Source: Auanema rhodensis
Taxonomy: Eukaryota > Animalia > Nematoda
DNA: 64,000 nucleotides
NCBI GenBank assembly: GCA_964057225.1
Contig: OZ059895.1
Span: forward strand, 9,734,001-9,798,000
Direction of reading: 5' to 3'
The notes under the pieces are model-generated. The model saw only the letters and a list, made by a program, of their open reading frames with translations. It did not search any database and was not told the origin of the DNA. Position numbers and translations under genes: made by a program. Shown one piece after another: positions 19,008 through 34,000 of this stretch (position 1 is the first letter of the stretch; every line of letters starts with the position of its first letter).

Positions 19008-22000
19008 ACAGCTGATTTTCAATTTTATCTTTTCCGTAACAAATGTTTTCAATTTTCAAGCACTTTTACTTAGATAGCTCAACCAAAGGAAAGCAAATTA
19101 TCTTCAATTTTATTTCTATATTACAGTTATAAACCAGTAGGTAATGAAACCTTCATATTGAATTTACTGTTTCTATCTATTTCCTATTAAAACAAACATT
19201 GTTCAAACACTATGCAACTATGAAACCTTTTTTAATTTATTGTATTTGGAGCTCATAAAATTTGATATCATCGAGGGATCCAGATGGAACGTGGAAAATT
19301 ACATTACTAACATGAAATTGGAAAAAAAAGTATAACAAGGATAAGTATGTTAACGATTGAATATCAGATATTTTCGCTTACGACCATACCACGTTGAAAG
19401 TACGCCATACAGCTGATTTTCAATTTTATCTTTTCCGTAACAAATGTTTTCAATTTTCAAGCACTTTTACTTAGATAGCTCAACCAAAGGAAAGCAAATT
19501 ATCTTCAATTTTATTTCTATATTACAGTTATAAACCAGTAGGTAATGAAACCTTCATATTGAATTTACTGTTTCTATCTATTTCCTATTAAAACAAACAT
19601 TGTTCAAACACTATGCAACTATGAAACCTTTTTTAATTTATTGTATTTGGAGCTCATAAAATTTGATATCATCGAGGGATCCAGATGGAACGTGGAAAAT
19701 TACATTACTAACATGAAATTGGAAAAAAAAGTATAACAAGGATAAGTATGTTAACGATTGAATATCAGATATTTTCGCTTACGACCATACCACGTTGAAA
19801 GTACGCCATACAGCTGATTTTCAATTTTATCTTTTCCGTAACAAATGTTTTCAATTTTCAAGCACTTTTACTTAGATAGCTCAACCAAAGGAAAGCAAAT
19901 TATCTTCAATTTTATTTCTATATTACAGTTATAAACCAGTAGGTAATGAAACCTTCATATTGAATTTACTGTTTCTATCTATTTCCTATTAAAACAAACA
20001 TTGTTCAAACACTATGCAACTATGAAACCTTTTTTAATTTATTGTATTTGGAGCTCATAAAATTTGATATCATCGAGGGATCCAGATGGAACGTGGAAAA
20101 TTACATTACTAACATGAAATTGGAAAAAAAAGTATAACAAGGATAAGTATGTTAACGATTGAATATCAGATATTTTCGCTTACGACCATACCACGTTGAA
20201 AGTACGCCATACAGCTGATTTTCAATTTTATCTTTTCCGTAACAAATGTTTTCAATTTTCAAGCACTTTTACTTAGATAGCTCAACCAAAGGAAAGCAAA
20301 TTATCTTCAATTTTATTTCTATATTACAGTTATAAACCAGTAGGTAATGAAACCTTCATATTGAATTTACTGTTTCTATCTATTTCCTATTAAAACAAAC
20401 ATTGTTCAAACACTATGCAACTATGAAACCTTTTTTAATTTATTGTATTTGGAGCTCATAAAATTTGATATCATCGAGGGATCCAGATGGAACGTGGAAA
20501 ATTACATTACTAACATGAAATTGGAAAAAAAAGTATAACAAGGATAAGTATGTTAACGATTGAATATCAGATATTTTCGCTTACGACCATACCACGTTGA
20601 AAGTACGCCATACAGCTGATTTTCAATTTTATCTTTTCCGTAACAAATGTTTTCAATTTTCAAGCACTTTTACTTAGATAGCTCAACCAAAGGAAAGCAA
20701 ATTATCTTCAATTTTATTTCTATATTACAGTTATAAACCAGTAGGTAATGAAACCTTCATATTGAATTTACTGTTTCTATCTATTTCCTATTAAAACAAA
20801 CATTGTTCAAACACTATGCAACTATGAAACCTTTTTTAATTTATTGTATTTGGAGCTCATAAAATTTGATATCATCGAGGGATCCAGATGGAACGTGGAA
20901 AATTACATTACTAACATGAAATTGGAAAAAAAAGTATAACAAGGATAAGTATGTTAACGATTGAATATCAGATATTTTCGCTTACGACCATACCACGTTG
21001 AAAGTACGCCATACAGCTGATTTTCAAATTTATCTTTTCCGTAACAAATGTTTTCAATTTTCAAGCACTTTTACTTAGATAGCTCAACCAAAGGAAAGCA
21101 AATTATCTTCATTTTTATTTCTATATTACAGTTATAAACCAGTAGGTAATGAAACCTTCATATTGAATTTACTGTTTCTATCTATTTCCTATTAAAACAA
21201 ACATTGTTCAAACACTATGTAACTATGAAACCTTTTTTAATTTATTGTATTTGGAGCTCATAAAATTTGATATCATCGAGGGGTCCAGATGGAACGTGGA
21301 AAATTACATTACTAACATGAAATTGGAAAAAAAAGTATAACAAGGATAAGTATGTTAACGATTGAATATCAGATATTTTCGCTTACGACCATACCACGTT
21401 GAAAGTACGCCATACAGCTAATTTTCAATTTTATCTTTTCAGTAACAAATGTTTTCAATTTTCAAGCACTTTTACTTAGATAGCTCAACCAAAGGAAAGC
21501 AAATTATCTTCATTTTTATTTCTATATTACAGTTATAAACCAGTAGGTAATGAAACCTTCATATTGAATTTACTGTTTCTATCTATTTCCTATTAAAACA
21601 AACATTGTTCAAACACTATGCAACTATGAAACCTTTTTTAATTTATTGTATTTGGAGCTCATAAAATTTGATATCATCGAGGGATCCAGATGGAAGGTGG
21701 AAAATTACATAACTAACATGAAATTGGAAAAAAAACTATAACGGGGATAAGTATGTTAACGATTGAATATCAGATATTTTCGCTTACGACCATACCACGT
21801 TGAAAGTACGCCATACAGCTGATTTTCAATTTTATCTTTTCAGTAACAAATGTTTTCAATTTTCAAGCACTTTTACTTAGATAGCTCAACCAAAGGAAAG
21901 CAAATTATCTTCAATTTTATTTCTATATTACAGTTATAAACCAGTAGGTAATGAAACCTTCATATTGAATTTACTGTTTCTATCTATTTCCTATTAAAAC

Positions 22001-25000
22001 AAACATTGTTCAAACACTATGCAACTATGAAACCTTTTTTAATTTATTGTATTTGGAGCTCATAAAATTTGATATCATCGAGGGATCCAGATGGAACGTG
22101 GAAAATTACATTACTAACATGAAATTGGAAAAAAAAGTATAACAAGGATAAGTATGTTAACGATTGAATATCAGATATTTTCGCTTACGACCATACCACG
22201 TTGAAAGTACGCCATACAGCTGATTTTCAATTTTATCTTTTCCGTAACAAATGTTTTCAATTTTCAAGCACTTTTACTTAGATAGCTCAACCAAAGGAAA
22301 GCAAATTATCTTCAATTTTATTTCTATATTACAGTTATAAACCAGTAGGTAATGAAACCTTTATCTTGAATTTACTGTTTCTTTCTATTTCCTATCAAAA
22401 CAAACATTGTTCAAACACTATGCAACTATGAAACCTTTTTTAATTTATTGTATTTGGAGCTCATAAAATTTGATATCATCGAGGGATCCAGATGGAACGT
22501 GGAAAATTACATTACTAACATGGAATTGGAAAAAAAAGTATAACAAGGATAAGTATGTTAACGATTGAATATCAGATATTTTCGCTTACGACCATACCAC
22601 GTTGAAAGTACGCCATACAGCTGATTTTCAATTTTATCTTTTCCGTAACAAATGTTTTCAATTTTCAAGCACTTTTACTTAGATAGCTCAACCAGAGGAA
22701 AGCAAATTATCTTCAATTTTATTTCTATATTACAGTTATAAACCAGTAGGTAATGAAACCTTCATATTGAATTTACTGTTTCTATCTATTTCCTATTAAA
22801 ACAAACATTGTTCAAACACTATGCAACTATGAAACCTTTTTTAATTTATTGTATTTGGAGCTCATAAAATTTGATATCATCGAGGGATCCAGATGGAACG
22901 TGGAAAATTACATTACTAACATGAAATTGGAAAAAAAAGTATAACAAGGATAAGTATGTTAACGATTGAATATCAGATATTTTCGCTTACGACCATACCA
23001 CGTTGAAAGTACGCCATACAGCTGATTTTCAATTTTATCTTTTCCGTAACAAATGTTTTCAATTTTCAAGCACTTTTACTTAGATAGCTCAACCAAAGGA
23101 AAGCAAATTATCTTCAATTTTATTTCTATATTACAGTTATAAACCAGTAGGTAATGAAACCTTCATATTGTATTTACTGTTTCTATCTATTTCCTATTAA
23201 AACAAACATTGTTCAAACACTATGCAACTATGAAACCTTTTTTAATTTATTGTATTTGGAGCTCATAAAATTTGATATCATCGAGGGATCCAGATGGAAC
23301 GTGGAAAATTACATAACTAAAATGAAATTGGAAAAAAAAGTATAACAAGGATAAGTATGTTAACGACTGAATATCAGATATTTTCGCTTACGACCATACC
23401 ACGTTGAAAGTACGCCATACAGCTGATTTTCAATTTTATCTTTTCCGTAACAAATGTTTTCAATTTTCAAGCACTTTTACTTAGATAGCTCAACCAAAGG
23501 AAAGCAAATTATCTTCAATTTTATTTCTATATTACAGTTATAAACCAGTAGGTAATGAAACCTTCATATTGAATTTACTGTTTCTATCTATTTCCTATCA
23601 AAACAAACATTGTTCAAACACTATGCAACTATGAAACCTTTTTTAATTCATTGTATTTGGAGCTCATAAAATTTGATATCATCGAGGGATCCAGATGGAA
23701 CGTGGAAAATTACATAACTAAAATGAAATTGGAAAAAAAAGTATAACAAGGATAAGTATGTTAACGATTGAATATCAGATATTTTCGCTTACGACCATAC
23801 CACGTTGAAAGTACGCCATACAGCTGATTTTCAATTTTATCTTTTCCGTAACAAATGTTTTCAATTTTCAAGCACTTTTACTTAGATAGCTCAACCAAAG
23901 GAAAGCAAATTATCTTCAATTTTATTTCTATATTACAGTTATAAACCAGTAGGTAATGAAACCTTCATATTGAATTTACTGTTTCTATCTATTTCCTATT
24001 AAAACAAACATTGTTCAAACACTATGCAACTATGAAACCTTTTTTAATTTATTGTATTTGGAGCTCATAAAATTTGATATCATCGAGGGATCCAGATGGA
24101 ACGTGGAAAATTACATTACTAACATGAAATTGGAAAAAAAAGTATAACAAGGATAAGTATGTTAACGACTGAATATCAGATATTTTCGCTTACGACCATA
24201 CCACGTTGAAAGTACGCCATACAGCTGATTTTCAATTTTATCTTTTCCGTAACAAATGTTTTCAATTTTCAAGCACTTTTACTTAGATAGCTCAACCAAA
24301 GGAAAGCAAATTATCTTCAATTTTATTTCTATATTACAGTTATAAACCAGTAGGTAATGAAACCTTCATCTTGAATTTACTGTTTCTATCTATTTCCTAT
24401 CAAAACAAACATTGTTCAAACACTATGCAACTATGAAAACTTTTTTAATTTATTGTATTTGGAGCTCATAAAATTTGATATCATCGAGGGATCCAGATGG
24501 AACGTGGAAAATTACATAACTAAAATGAAATTGAAAAAAAAAGTATAACAAGGATAAGTATGTTAACGATTGAATATCAGATATTTTCGCTTACGACCAT
24601 ACCACGTTGAAAGTACGCCATACAGCTGATTTTCAATTTTATCTTTTCCGTAACAAATGTTTTCAATTTTCAAGCACTTTTACTTAGATAGCTCAACCAA
24701 AGGAAAGCAAATTATCTTCAATTTTATTTCTATATTACAGTTATAAACCAGTAGGTAATGAAACCTTCATATTGAATTTACTGTTTCTATCTATTTCCTA
24801 TTAAAACAAACATTGTTCAAACACTATGCAACTATGAAACCTTTTTTAATTTATTGTATTTGGAGCTCATAAAATTTGATATCATCGAGGGATCCAGATG
24901 GAACGTGGAAAATTACATTACTAACATGAAATTGGAAAAAAAGTATAACAAGGATAAGTATGTTAACGATTGAATATCAGATATTTTCGCTTACGACCAT

Positions 25001-28000
25001 ACCACGTTGAAAGTACGCCATACAGCTGATTTTCAATTTTATCTTTTCCGTAACAAATGTTTTCAATTTTCAAGCACTTTTACTTAGATAGCTCAACCAA
25101 AGGAAAGCAAATTATCTTCAATTTTATTTCTATATTACAGTTATAAACCAGTAGGTAATGAAACCTTCATATTGAATTTACTGTTTCTATCTATTTCCTA
25201 TTAAAACAAACATTGTTCAAACACTATGCAACTATGAAACCTTTTTTAATTTATTGTATTTGGAGCTCATAAAATTTGATATCATCGAGGGATCCAGATG
25301 GAACGTGGAAAATTACATTACTAACATGAAATTGGAAAAAAAGTATAACAAGGATAAGTATGTTAACGATTGAATATCAGATATTTTCGCTTACGACCAT
25401 ACCACGTTGAAAGTACGCCATACAGCTGATTTTCAATTTTATCTTTTCCGTAACAAATGTTTTCAATTTTCAAGCACTTTTACTTAGATAGCTCAACCAA
25501 AGGAAAGCAAATTATCTTCAATTTTATTTCTATATTACAGTTATAAACCAGTAGGTAATGAAACCTTCATCTTGAATTTACTGTTTCTATCTATTTCCTA
25601 TCAAAACAAACATTGTTCAAACACTATGCAACTATGAAAACTTTTTTAATTTATTGTATTTGGAGCTCATAAAATTTGATATCATCGAGGGATCCAGATG
25701 GAACGTGGAAAATTACATAACTAAAATGAAATTGAAAAAAAAAGTATAACAAGGATAAGTATGTTAACGATTGAATATCAGATATTTTCGCTTACGACCA
25801 TACCACGTTGAAAGTACGCCATACAGCTGATTTTCAATTTTATCTTTTCCGTAACAAATGTTTTCAATTTTCAAGCACTTTTACTTAGATAGCTCAACCA
25901 AAGGAAAGCAAATTATCTTCAATTTTATTTCTATATTACAGTTATAAACCAGTAGGTAATGAAACCTTCATATTGAATTTGCTGTTTCTATCTATTTCCT
26001 ATTAAAACAAACATTGTTCAAACACTATGCAACTATGAAACCTTTTTTAATTTATTGTATTTGGAGCTCATAAAATTTGATATCATCGAGGGATCCAGAT
26101 GGAACGTGGAAAGTTACATTACTAACATGAAATTGGAAAAAAAAGTATAACAAGGATAAGTATGTTAACGATTGAATATCAGATATTTTCGCTTACGACC
26201 ATACCACGTTGAAAGTACGCCATACAGCTGATTTTCAATTTTATCTTTTCCGTAACAAATGTTTTCAATTTTCAAGCACTTTTACTTAGATAGCTCAACC
26301 AAAGGAAAGCAAATTATCTTCAATTTTATTTCTATATTACAGTTATAAACCAGTAGGTAATGAAACCTTCATCTTGAATTTACTGTTTCTATCTATTTCC
26401 TATCAAAACAAACATTGTTCAAACACTATGCAACTATGAAACCTTTTCTAATTTATTGTATTTGGAGCTCATAAAATTTGATATCATCGAGGGATCCAGA
26501 TGGAACGTGGAAAATTACATAACTAAAATGAAATTGGAAAAAAAAGTATAACAAGGATAAGTATGTTAACGATTGAATATCAGATATTTTCGCTTATGAC
26601 CATACCACGTTGAAAGTACGCCATACAGCTGATTTTCAATTTTATCTTTTCAGTAACAAATGTTTTCAATTTTCAAGCACTTTTACTTAGATAGCTCAAC
26701 CAAAGGAAAGCAAATTATCTTCAATTTTATTTCTATATTACAGTTATAAACCAGTAGGTAATGAAACCTTCATATTGAATTTGCTGTTTCTATCTATTTC
26801 CTATTAAAACAAACATTGTTCAAACACTATGCAACTATGAAACCTTTTTTAATTTATTGTATTTGGAGCTCATAAAATTTGATATCATCGAGGGATCCAG
26901 ATGGAACGTGGAAAGTTACATTACTAACATGAAATTGGAAAAAAAAGTATAACAAGGATAAGTATGTTAACGATTGAATATCAGATATTTTCGCTTACGA
27001 CCATACCACGTTGAAAGTACGCCATACAGCTGATTTTCAATTTTATCTTTTCCGTAACAAATGTTTTCAATTTTCAAGCACTTTTACTTAGATAGCTCAA
27101 CCAAAGGAAAGCAAATTATCTTCAATTTTATTTCTATATTACAGTTATCAACCAGTAGGTAATGAAACCTTCATATTGAATTTACTGTTTCTATCTATCT
27201 CCTATTAAAACAAACATTGTTCAAACACTATGCAACTATGAAACCTTTTTTAATTTATTGTATTTGGAGTTCATAAAATTTGATATCATCGAGGGATCCA
27301 GATGGAACGTGGAAAATTACATAACTAAAATGAAATTGGAAAAAAAAGTATAACAAGGATAAGTATGTTAACGATTGAATATCAGATATTTTCGCTTACG
27401 ACCATACCACGTTGAAAGCACGCCATACAGCTGATTTTCAATTTTATCTTTTCCGTAACAAATGTTTTCAATTTTCAAGCACTTTTACTTAGATAGCTCA
27501 ACCAAAGGAAAGCAAATTATCTTCAATTTTATTTCTATATTACAGTTATAAACCAGTAGGTAATGAAACCTTCATATTGAATTTACTGTTTCTATCTATT
27601 TCCTATCAAAACAAACATTGTTCAAACACTATGCAACTATGAAACCTTTTTTAATTCATTGTATTTGGAGCTCATAAAATTTGATATCATCGAGGGATCC
27701 AGATGGAACGTGGAAAATTACATAACTAAAATGAAATTGGAAAAAAAAGTATAACAAGGATAAGTATGTTAACGATTGAATATCAGATATTTTCGCTTAC
27801 GACCATACCACGTTGAAAGTACGCCATACAGCTGATTTTCAATTTTATCTTTTCCGTAACAAATGTTTTCAATTTTCAAGCACTTTTACTTAGATAGCTC
27901 AACCAAAGGAAAGCAAATTATCTTCAATTTTATTTCTATATTACAGTTATAAACCAGTAGGTAATGAAACCTTCATATTGAATTTACTGTTTCTATCTAT

Positions 28001-31000
28001 TTCCTATTAAAACAAACATTGTTCAAACACTATGCAACTATGAAACCTTTTTTAATTTATTGTATTTGGAGCTCATAAAATTTGATATCATCGAGGGATC
28101 CAGATGGAACGTGGAAAATTACATTACTAACATGAAATTGGAAAAAAAAGTATAACAAGGATAAGTATGTTAACGACTGAATATCAGATATTTTCGCTTA
28201 CGACCATACCACGTTGAAAGTACGCCATACAGCTGATTTTCAATTTTATCTTTTCCGTAACAAATGTTTTCAATTTTCAAGCACTTTTACTTAGATAGCT
28301 CAACCAAAGGAAAGCAAATTATCTTCAATTTTATTTCTATATTACAGTTATAAACCAGTAGGTAATGAAACCTTCATCTTGAATTTGCTGTTTCTATCTA
28401 TTTCCTATCAAAACAAACATTGTTCAAACACTATGCAACTATGAAAACTTTTTTAATTTATTGTATTTGGAGCTCATAAAATTTGATATCATCGAGGGAT
28501 CCAGATGGAACGTGGAAAATTACATAACTAAAATGAAATTGAAAAAAAAAGTATAACAAGGATAAGTATGTTAACGATTGAATATCAGATATTTTCGCTT
28601 ACGACCATACCACGTTGAAAGTACGCCATACAGCTGATTTTCAATTTTATCTTTTCCGTAACAAATGTTTTCAATTTTCAAGCACTTTTACTTAGATAGC
28701 TCAACCAAAGGAAAGCAAATTATCTTCAATTTTATTTCTATATTACAGTTATAAACCAGTAGGTAATGAAACCTTCATATTGAATTTACTGTTTCTATCT
28801 ATTTCCTATTAAAACAAACATTGTTCAAACACTATGCAACTATGAAACCTTTTTTAATTTATTGTATTTGGAGCTCATAAAATTTGATATCATCGAGGGA
28901 TCCAGATGGAACGTGGAAAATTACATTACTAACATGAAATTGGAAAAAAAGTATAACAAGGATAAGTATGTTAACGATTGAATATCAGATATTTTCGCTT
29001 ACGACCATACCACGTTGAAAGTACGCCATACAGCTGATTTTCAATTTTATCTTTTCCGTAACAAATGTTTTCAATTTTCAAGCACTTTTACTTAGATAGC
29101 TCAACCAAAGGAAAGCAAATTATCTTCAATTTTATTTCTATATTACAGTTATAAACCAGTAGGTAATGAAACCTTCATATTGAATTTACTGTTTCTATCT
29201 ATTTCCTATTAAAACAAACATTGTTCAAACACTATGCAACTATGAAACCTTTTTTAATTTATTGTATTTGGAGCTCATAAAATTTGATATCATCGAGGGA
29301 TCCAGATGGAACGTGGAAAATTACATTACTAACATGAAATTGGAAAAAAAGTATAACAAGGATAAGTATGTTAACGATTGAATATCAGATATTTTCGCTT
29401 ACGACCATACCACGTTGAAAGTACGCCATACAGCTGATTTTCAATTTTATCTTTTCCGTAACAAATGTTTTCAATTTTCAAGCACTTTTACTTAGATAGC
29501 TCAACCAAAGGAAAGCAAATTATCTTCAATTTTATTTCTATATTACAGTTATAAACCAGTAGGTAATGAAACCTTCATCTTGAATTTACTGTTTCTATCT
29601 ATTTCCTATCAAAACAAACATTGTTCAAACACTATGCAACTATGAAAACTTTTTTAATTTATTGTATTTGGAGCTCATAAAATTTGATATCATCGAGGGA
29701 TCCAGATGGAACGTGGAAAATTACATAACTAAAATGAAATTGAAAAAAAAAGTATAACAAGGATAAGTATGTTAACGATTGAATATCAGATATTTTCGCT
29801 TACGACCATACCACGTTGAAAGTACGCCATACAGCTGATTTTCAATTTTATCTTTTCCGTAACAAATGTTTTCAATTTTCAAGCACTTTTACTTAGATAG
29901 CTCAACCAAAGGAAAGCAAATTATCTTCAATTTTATTTCTATATTACAGTTATAAACCAGTAGGTAATGAAACCTTCATATTGAATTTGCTGTTTCTATC
30001 TATTTCCTATTAAAACAAACATTGTTCAAACACTATGCAACTATGAAACCTTTTTTAATTTATTGTATTTGGAGCTCATAAAATTTGATATCATCGAGGG
30101 ATCCAGATGGAACGTGGAAAGTTACATTACTAACATGAAATTGGAAAAAAAAGTATAACAAGGATAAGTATGTTAACGATTGAATATCAGATATTTTCGC
30201 TTACGACCATACCACGTTGAAAGTACGCCATACAGCTGATTTTCAATTTTATCTTTTCCGTAACAAATGTTTTCAATTTTCAAGCACTTTTACTTAGATA
30301 GCTCAACCAAAGGAAAGCAAATTATCTTCAATTTTATTTCTATATTACAGTTATAAACCAGTAGGTAATGAAACCTTCATCTTGAATTTACTGTTTCTAT
30401 CTATTTCCTATCAAAACAAACATTGTTCAAACACTATGCAACTATGAAACCTTTTCTAATTTATTGTATTTGGAGCTCATAAAATTTGATATCATCGAGG
30501 GATCCAGATGGAACGTGGAAAATTACATAACTAAAATGAAATTGGAAAAAAAAGTATAACAAGGATAAGTATGTTAACGATTGAATATCAGATATTTTCG
30601 CTTATGACCATACCACGTTGAAAGTACGCCATACAGCTGATTTTCAATTTTATCTTTTCAGTAACAAATGTTTTCAATTTTCAAGCACTTTTACTTAGAT
30701 AGCTCAACCAAAGGAAAGCAAATTATCTTCAATTTTATTTCTATATTACAGTTATAAACCAGTAGGTAATGAAACCTTCATATTGAATTTGCTGTTTCTA
30801 TCTATTTCCTATTAAAACAAACATTGTTCAAACACTATGCAACTATGAAACCTTTTTTAATTTATTGTATTTGGAGCTCATAAAATTTGATATCATCGAG
30901 GGATCCAGATGGAACGTGGAAAGTTACATTACTAACATGAAATTGGAAAAAAAAGTATAACAAGGATAAGTATGTTAACGATTGAATATCAGATATTTTC

Positions 31001-34000
31001 GCTTACGACCATACCACGTTGAAAGTACGCCATACAGCTGATTTTCAATTTTATCTTTTCCGTAACAAATGTTTTCAATTTTCAAGCACTTTTACTTAGA
31101 TAGCTCAACCAAAGGAAAGCAAATTATCTTCAATTTTATTTCTATATTACAGTTATCAACCAGTAGGTAATGAAACCTTCATATTGAATTTACTGTTTCT
31201 ATCTATCTCCTATTAAAACAAACATTGTTCAAACACTATGCAACTATGAAACCTTTTTTAATTTATTGTATTTGTAGCTCATAAAATTTTATATCATCGA
31301 GGGATCCAGATGGAACGTGGAAAATTACATAACTAAAATGAAATTGGAAAAAAAAGTATAACAAGGATAAGTATGTTAACGATTGAATATCAGATATTTT
31401 CGCTTACGACCATACCACGTTGAAAGCACGCCATACAGCTGATTTTCAATTTTATCTTTTCCGTAACAAATGTTTTCAATTTTCAAGCACTTTTACTTGG
31501 ATAGCTCAACCAAAGGAAAGCAAATTATCTTCAATTTTATTTCTATATTACAGTTATAAACCAGTAGGTAATGAAACCTTCATATTGAATTTACTGTTTC
31601 TATCTATCTCCTATTAAAACAAACATTGTTCAAACACTATGCAACTATGAAACCTTTTTTAATTTATTGTATTTGGAGTTCATAAAATTTGATATCATCG
31701 AGGGATCCAGATGGAACGTGGAAAATTACATTACTAACATGAAATTGGAAAAAAAAGTATAACAAGGATAAGTATGTTAACGATTGAATATCAGATATTT
31801 TCGCTTACGACCATACCACGTTGAAAGTATGCCATACAGCTGATTTTCAATTTTATCTTTTCCGTAACAAATGTTTTCAATTTTCAAGCACTTTTACTTA
31901 GATAGCTCAACCAAAGGAAAGCAAATTATCTTCAATTTTATTTCTATATTACAGTTATAAACCAGTAGGTAATGAAACCTTCATCTTGAATTTACTGTTT
32001 CTATCTATTTCCTATCAAAACAAACATTGTTCAAACACTATGCAACTATGAAACCTTTTTTAATTTATTGTATTTGGAGCTCATAAAATTTGATATCATC
32101 GAGGGATCCAGATGGAACGTGGAAAATTACATAACTAAAATGAAATTGGAAAAAAAAGTATAACAAGGATAAGTATGTTAACGACTGAATATCAGATATT
32201 TTCGCTTACGACCATACCACGTTGAAAGTACGCCATACAGCTGATTTTCAATTTTATCTTTTCCGTAACAAATGTTTTCAATTTTCAAGCACTTTTACTT
32301 AGATAGCTCAACCAAAGGAAAGCAAATTATCTTCAATTTTATTTCTATATTACAGTTATAAACCAGTAGGTAATGAAACCTTCATCTTGAATTTACTGTT
32401 TCTTTCTATTTCCTATCAAAACAAACATTGTTCAAACACTATGCAACTATGAAACCTTTTTTTAATTTATTGTATTTGGAGCTCATAAAATTTGATATCA
32501 TCGAGGGATCCAGATGTAACGTGGAAAATTACATAACTAACATGAAATTGGAAAAAAAAGTATAACAAGGATAAGTATGTTAACGATTGAATATCAGATA
32601 TTTTCGCTTACGACCATACCACGTTGAAAGTACGCCATACAGCTGATTTTCAATTTTATCTTTTCCGTAACAAATGTTTTCACTTTTCAAGCACTTTTAC
32701 TTAGATAGCTCAACCAAAGGAAAGCAAATTATCTTCAATTTTATTTCTATATTACAGTTATAAACCAGTAGGTAATGAAACCTTCATATTGAATTTACTG
32801 TTTCTATCTATTTCCTATTAAAACAAACATTGTTCAAACACTATGCAACTATGAAACCTTTTTTAATTTATTGTATTTGGAGCTCATAAAATTTGATATC
32901 ATCGAGGGATCCAGATGGAACGTGGAAAATTACATAACTAAAATGAAATTGGAAAAAAAAGTATAACAAGGATAAGTATGTTAACGATTGAATATCAGAT
33001 ATTTTCGCTTACGACCATACCACGTTGAAAGTACGCCATACAGCTGATTTTCAATTTTATCTTTTCCGTAACAAATGTTTTCAATTTTCAAGCACTTTTA
33101 CTTAGATAGCTCAACCAAAGGAAAGCAAATTATCTTCAATTTTATTTCTATATTACAGTTATAAACCAGTAGATAATGAACCTTCATCTCGACTTTACTG
33201 TTTCTATCTATTTCCTATCGAAACAAACATTGTTTAAACACTATACAACTGTGAAACCTTTTTTAATTTATTGTATTTGTAGCTCATAAAATTTTATATC
33301 ATCGAGGGATCCAGATGGAAGGTGGAAAATTACATAACTAACATGAAATTGGAAAAAAAACTATAACGGGGATAAGTATGTTAACGATTGAATATCAGAT
33401 ATTTTCGCTTACGACCATACCACGTTGAAAGTACGCCATACAGCTGATTTTCAATTTTATCTCTTCCGTAACATATGTTTTCAATTTTCAAGCAGTTTTA
33501 TTTGAATAGCTCAACCAAAGGAGAGCAAATTATCTTCAATCTTATTTCTATATTACAGTTATAAACCAGTAGGTAATGAAACCTTCATATTGAATTTACT
33601 GTTTCTATCTATTTCCTATTAAAACAAACATTGTTCAAACACTATGCAACTATGAAACCTTTTTTAATTTATTGTATTTGGAGTTCATAAAATTTGATAT
33701 CATCGAGGGTTCCAGATGGAACGTGGAAAATTACATTACTAACATGAAATTGGAAAAAAAAGTATAACAAGGATAAGTATGTTAACGATTGAATATCAGA
33801 TATTTTCGCTTACGACCATACCACGTTGAAAGTACGCCATACAGCTGATTTTCAATTTTATCTTTTCCGTAACAAATGTTTTCAATTTTCAAGCACTTTT
33901 ACTTAGATAGCTCAACCAAAGGAAAGCAAATTATCTTCAATTTTATTTCTATATTACAGTTATAAACCAGTAGGTAATGAAACCTTCATCTTGAATTTAC

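Noticed and set aside
23154-23345. 63-aa satellite ORF
   Set aside because: Opened by a single point variant in one monomer; closed in the others
31420-31617. 65-aa satellite ORF
   Set aside because: TTG start, chance loss of a stop in one monomer
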